NCBI RefSeq assembly: GCF_022045235.1
Contig: NW_027266319.1
Span: 16,926,001-16,990,000, forward strand
DNA: 64,000 nucleotides
From: Haliotis cracherodii
Taxonomy: Eukaryota
Direction of reading: 5' to 3'
The notes under the pieces were generated by a model. The model had not been told where the DNA came from, searched no databases, and worked only from the letters and a program-made list of their open reading frames with translations. Below, in pieces: positions 63,556 through 64,000 of the stretch (position 1 is the stretch's first letter; every line of letters starts with the position of its first letter). Made by a program: the position numbers and the translations under genes.

Positions 63556-64000
63556 AAGGGTTTACTTGTTTTAAATCCACCACCATCGAATAACCATTTC
63601 TTGTTTGTTTATTATCCACCATCAAACATGGGTGTATAGTTTCTTTGCCCGGGGGTTGATGTCCTTTTGTAGGGCGCAACTCAATCTACAAAGGTCAGTG
63701 CACTTTAAATACACTCATTATGAAACAATGTCGGGCCGATAACAAATCAGGTCCCGAACGTGGCTATAAATAACTTCATATCGCAACATTCTAATCCAGA
63801 CATATGCCATTATATTCGCAAGTATATTTTCACAAGGGCGTGTTTTATAAACTTTTAATAGACAGCTTCATCAACTCACTCGTTATCTTCAGACACAATA
63901 AATGTAATTACAATGACGAGACTGTGTTGTTATCTGTGCCGGAGAATGGGAGACAGACTCATTGCGTGTACACATCAGCAACAAGGTATCGGGACAATAC

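Overview
Repeat-rich animal genomic DNA. The SINE families and minisatellite style suggest a gastropod mollusc, possibly abalone (Haliotis); this is an inference. There is one assembly gap (29091-29220). Two intact, divergently oriented spliced genes can be reconstructed. (1) An alpha-tubulin on the minus strand, join(4729-4727, 3881-3659, 3378-2249), 451 aa. (2) A proton/myo-inositol cotransporter (SLC2A13/HMIT-like) on the plus strand with 9 coding exons from 35833 to 60357, 595 aa, all introns GT-AG and in phase. The rest is mobile and repetitive DNA: four short retroposon families (about 30 copies, many with target-site duplications), Tc1/mariner relics (one TIR-bounded), MITEs, relics of Penelope-like, R4/Dong-like, L2-like and I-like retroelements, and more than a dozen minisatellites that generate nearly all the long spurious ORFs in the track. 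The most interesting observations are: an intronic minisatellite that has amplified the SLC2A13 exon-3 splice donor about 12 times; palindromic Penelope-type repeats whose reconstructed consensus resembles a minimal hammerhead ribozyme with a U3-A8 core; a templated duplication of a promoter-like ETS/CCAAT/TALE motif cluster, with a candidate distal 5'UTR exon and uORF; and a modular SINE set that shares one 3' tail. No prokaryotic systems, CRISPR arrays, rRNA or intact tRNA genes were seen.
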